From Lysobacteraceae bacterium (GTDB lineage: Bacteria > Pseudomonadota > Gammaproteobacteria > Xanthomonadales > Xanthomonadaceae), in assembly GCA_003449195.1 (NCBI GenBank), contig DMID01000160.1, positions 1 through 32,791 of the forward strand: a DNA stretch of 32,791 nt, written 5' to 3'. The notes beneath the pieces are model-generated. The model worked only from the letters and a program-made list of their open reading frames with translations. It did not search any database and was not told where the DNA came from. The position numbers and the translations under genes are program-made. How positions within the stretch are numbered: position 1 is the first letter of the stretch; each line of letters starts with the position of its first letter. Positions 30,344 through 32,791 of this stretch are shown here, in pieces.

Positions 30344-30669
30344 GTCGCGGCCAGGCGGGATGTGCTCCATGTTCCGTGCGACCAAGGCCATGAAGGCCGT
30401 CGGAACGATCCTGTCGGCAGGGCTGTTGATGGGGTTCGCCTTGTTGCAGTGGGCTGCCTCTATGCCAGGTGGGGGTTTCCCGCTTTACGAGGCAGGCATT
30501 GGGCAAGGCATGGAGCCGGTAAGACAGCCGTCTTCCCGCAGCCGTCAACCTGGGCAGGCCCGTCAGGCATCTGCTTCCGGCCGGCGCTTCAACCGCAGCG
30601 GTGACCAAGGGGCTGTTGCCGGCAACAAAGGCTTGTCAGACTTGCGGCAAAGAGAAAAAACGACTCCGC

Positions 30670-31863
30670 ATGAATCTGCCCGCCCATCCGCTGCTGCGCG
30701 TCCGTGACGGCCACGAGGCCAAGGTCGGCTATGCCGAGCTGTTCTTCGATCTGGTGTACGTGTTTGCGGTCACCCAGGTCTCGCATTTCCTGCTCGGCAA
30801 CCTGAGCACGCTGGGCGCTGCGCAGGCCTTGCTGCTGTGGTTTGCGGTATGGCTGGGCTGGCAATACACCTGTTGGCTGACCAACTGGTTCGACCCCGAA
30901 CGCCCTGCGGTGCGCGCGTTCCTGTTCGCGCAGATGGGCGTGGCGCTGGTGTTCGCGACGGCCTTGCCGGATGCCTTCGGCGAGCGCGGCCGGGTGGTGG
31001 CCGCCTGCTATGCGGTGATGCAGGTGGGGCGCTCGCTGTTCGCCTGGCTGAGCCTGCGCGGCAGGCATCCGCTGGCAGCCAACTACGCGCGCATCCTCGC
31101 CTGGTCGCTGTTGTCGGCAAGCCTGTGGCTGGCCGGCGGCATGCAGGACGACATCGCCACGCGGATGGGGCTGTGGGCGCTGGCGATCCTGGCCGAATAC
31201 GTGGCGCCGATGCTGCGCTTTCCCGTCCCGGGGCTGGGGCACTCGGACAGCCGCAACGAGTGGACGGTGGAAGGCGGCCACATGGTCGAGCGCGCCGCGT
31301 TGTTCGTGATCGTCGCGCTGGGCGAGCTGATCCTCGTCACCGGCGCCAGCCTGGCCCACGAGCATGCGTGGGAAGCGCCGGTGCTGGTCGCCTTCGCGGT
31401 GGCCTTCATCGCCAGCGTGGCGATGTGGTGGATCTACTTCAACACCGGCGTGCACGATGCCGGCGACATGATCACGCGCTCCGACGACCCGGGCCGGCAT
31501 GCTGCATGGTTCAACTACGTGCACGTGGCGATCATTGCCGGCATCGTCGTCGGGGCGGTTGGCAACGAGCTGGCCATCGACCACCCGGACCGCCATGCCG
31601 ACGTGGTCGGCACGCTGGTGCTGTGCGGCGGGCCGGCGCTGTTCCTGCTCGGCAATGGCTTGTACAAGCTGGCGGTGTATCGCCGCTGGCCGCTGTCGCA
31701 CCTGATAGGGTTGGGGCTGCTGGCCGTGCTGGCGGCCTGTGCATGGCTGACCGATCTGTTGATGGTCAATGCCCTGGCCACGGCGACGTTGATCGTGGTG
31801 GCGGCGTGGGAGACACGTTCGCGCGGCCCGCGCCGGCCCGGCGAGCATGGCGTGGCCGATTGA
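30670..31863 (+). CDS. Low temperature requirement protein A (LtrA) family membrane protein
   Basis: ELFFDLVYVFAVTQ, HMVERAALFVIVALGE, WWIYF and many TM helices. Confidence 0.9.
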   Translation: MNLPAHPLLRVRDGHEAKVGYAELFFDLVYVFAVTQVSHFLLGNLSTLGAAQALLLWFAVWLGWQYTCWLTNWFDPERPAVRAFLFAQMGVALVFATALPDAFGERGRVVAACYAVMQVGRSLFAWLSLRGRHPLAANYARILAWSLLSASLWLAGGMQDDIATRMGLWALAILAEYVAPMLRFPVPGLGHSDSRNEWTVEGGHMVERAALFVIVALGELILVTGASLAHEHAWEAPVLVAFAVAFIASVAMWWIYFNTGVHDAGDMITRSDDPGRHAAWFNYVHVAIIAGIVVGAVGNELAIDHPDRHADVVGTLVLCGGPALFLLGNGLYKLAVYRRWPLSHLIGLGLLAVLAACAWLTDLLMVNALATATLIVVAAWETRSRGPRRPGEHGVAD

Positions 31864-31953
31864 AAGCGGCCCGGATTGCGGCGCAGGCGTGTCGTGTCCC
31901 GGCGAATCGGGGACAATGGCGCGTCTCCCTCGTGCCGCTGCCGCCTGCCTGCG

Positions 31954-32791
31954 ATGACCGATTCCGCCGACTCCTCTGGTTCCCGCCCGTTTCCCGCCCG
32001 CATCCTCGACGGCCGCCAGATTGCCGAAGACCTGCTCGATTCGCTCAAGGTGCGGGTCGATGCGCGCTTGGCGCAGGGCTTGCCGCGGCCGGGGCTGGCG
32101 GTGGTACTGGTGGGCGGCGACCCGGCTTCGTCCGTGTACGTGCGCAACAAGCGCCGTGCGGCGGAAAAGGTCGGCATCGAAGCCTTCGATTTCGATCTGC
32201 CCGAAGGCACCACGGAGGCCGAGTTGCTGGCGCTGATCGACCGCCTCAACGTCGATCCCAAGGTGCACGGCATCCTCGTGCAGCTGCCGCTGCCGGGCAT
32301 TCCCGATGCCACCCGGCTGATCGATCGGATCGACCCGCGCAAGGACGTGGACGGTTTCCACCCGACCAACATCGGCCATCTGGCATTGCGCCAGTTCGGC
32401 CTACGCCCGTGCACGCCGCGCGGCATCGTCACCTTGCTCAGCCACACCGATCAGCCGGTACGCGGCCGCAACGCCACCATCGTCGGGGTGTCCAACCACG
32501 TCGGCCGGCCGATGGCGCTGGAGCTGCTGATTGCCGGCTGCACCGTCACCTGCTGCCACAAGTTCACCCCGCGCGAGGTGCTGCAGGCGCGCGTGGCCGA
32601 GGCCGACATCCTCGTCGTCGCGGTCGGCAAGCCGGGGCTGGTGCCGGGCGAGTGGGTCAAGCCGGGCGCGGTGGTGATCGACGTGGGCATCAACCGGCTG
32701 GACGACGGCCGGCTGGTGGGCGACGTCGGTTTCGAGGCCGCCGCACAACGTGCCAGCTGGATCACGCCGGTGCCGGGCGGCGTCGGCCCGA
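31954..32791 (+). CDS. folD: Bifunctional methylenetetrahydrofolate dehydrogenase/cyclohydrolase (partial, runs off the window)
   Basis: Hand translation from ATG 31954 gives [69 protein letters not shown]. Absent from the ORF track because there is no stop in the window. Confidence 0.97.
   Translation, partial: MTDSADSSGSRPFPARILDGRQIAEDLLDSLKVRVDARLAQGLPRPGLAVVLVGGDPASSVYVRNKRRAAEKVGIEAFDFDLPEGTTEAELLALIDRLNVDPKVHGILVQLPLPGIPDATRLIDRIDPRKDVDGFHPTNIGHLALRQFGLRPCTPRGIVTLLSHTDQPVRGRNATIVGVSNHVGRPMALELLIAGCTVTCCHKFTPREVLQARVAEADILVVAVGKPGLVPGEWVKPGAVVIDVGINRLDDGRLVGDVGFEAAAQRASWITPVPGGVGP

Overview
High-GC window that looks like the core chromosome of a Xanthomonadaceae/Lysobacteraceae gammaproteobacterium (inferred from gene order and protein style). 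In order: an RND efflux permease; a minus-strand block with a small exported protein, agmatine deiminase, N-carbamoylputrescine amidase, a GNAT acetyltransferase and a TraB/Tiki-family protein; type B L36 (missed by the ORF track); cmk-rpsA-ihfB-(no lapA)-lapB-MraY/WecA-family GT-WbpM-like dehydratase-galU; a PsrA-like TetR-fadB(N)-fadA beta-oxidation operon with a clear PsrA box; ndk-rlmN-pilW-rodZ-yfgM-bamB-der-moeB; a probably accessory LysR/SDR pair and LtrA; and the 5' part of folD. I found no mobile element, CRISPR, tRNA, rRNA or defence system, and I cannot support a wholly new system. The best leads are a terminator/antiterminator-like leader in front of ndk, the aguA-aguB-GNAT-TraB operon, apparent loss of lapA, and several structured leaders and operators.
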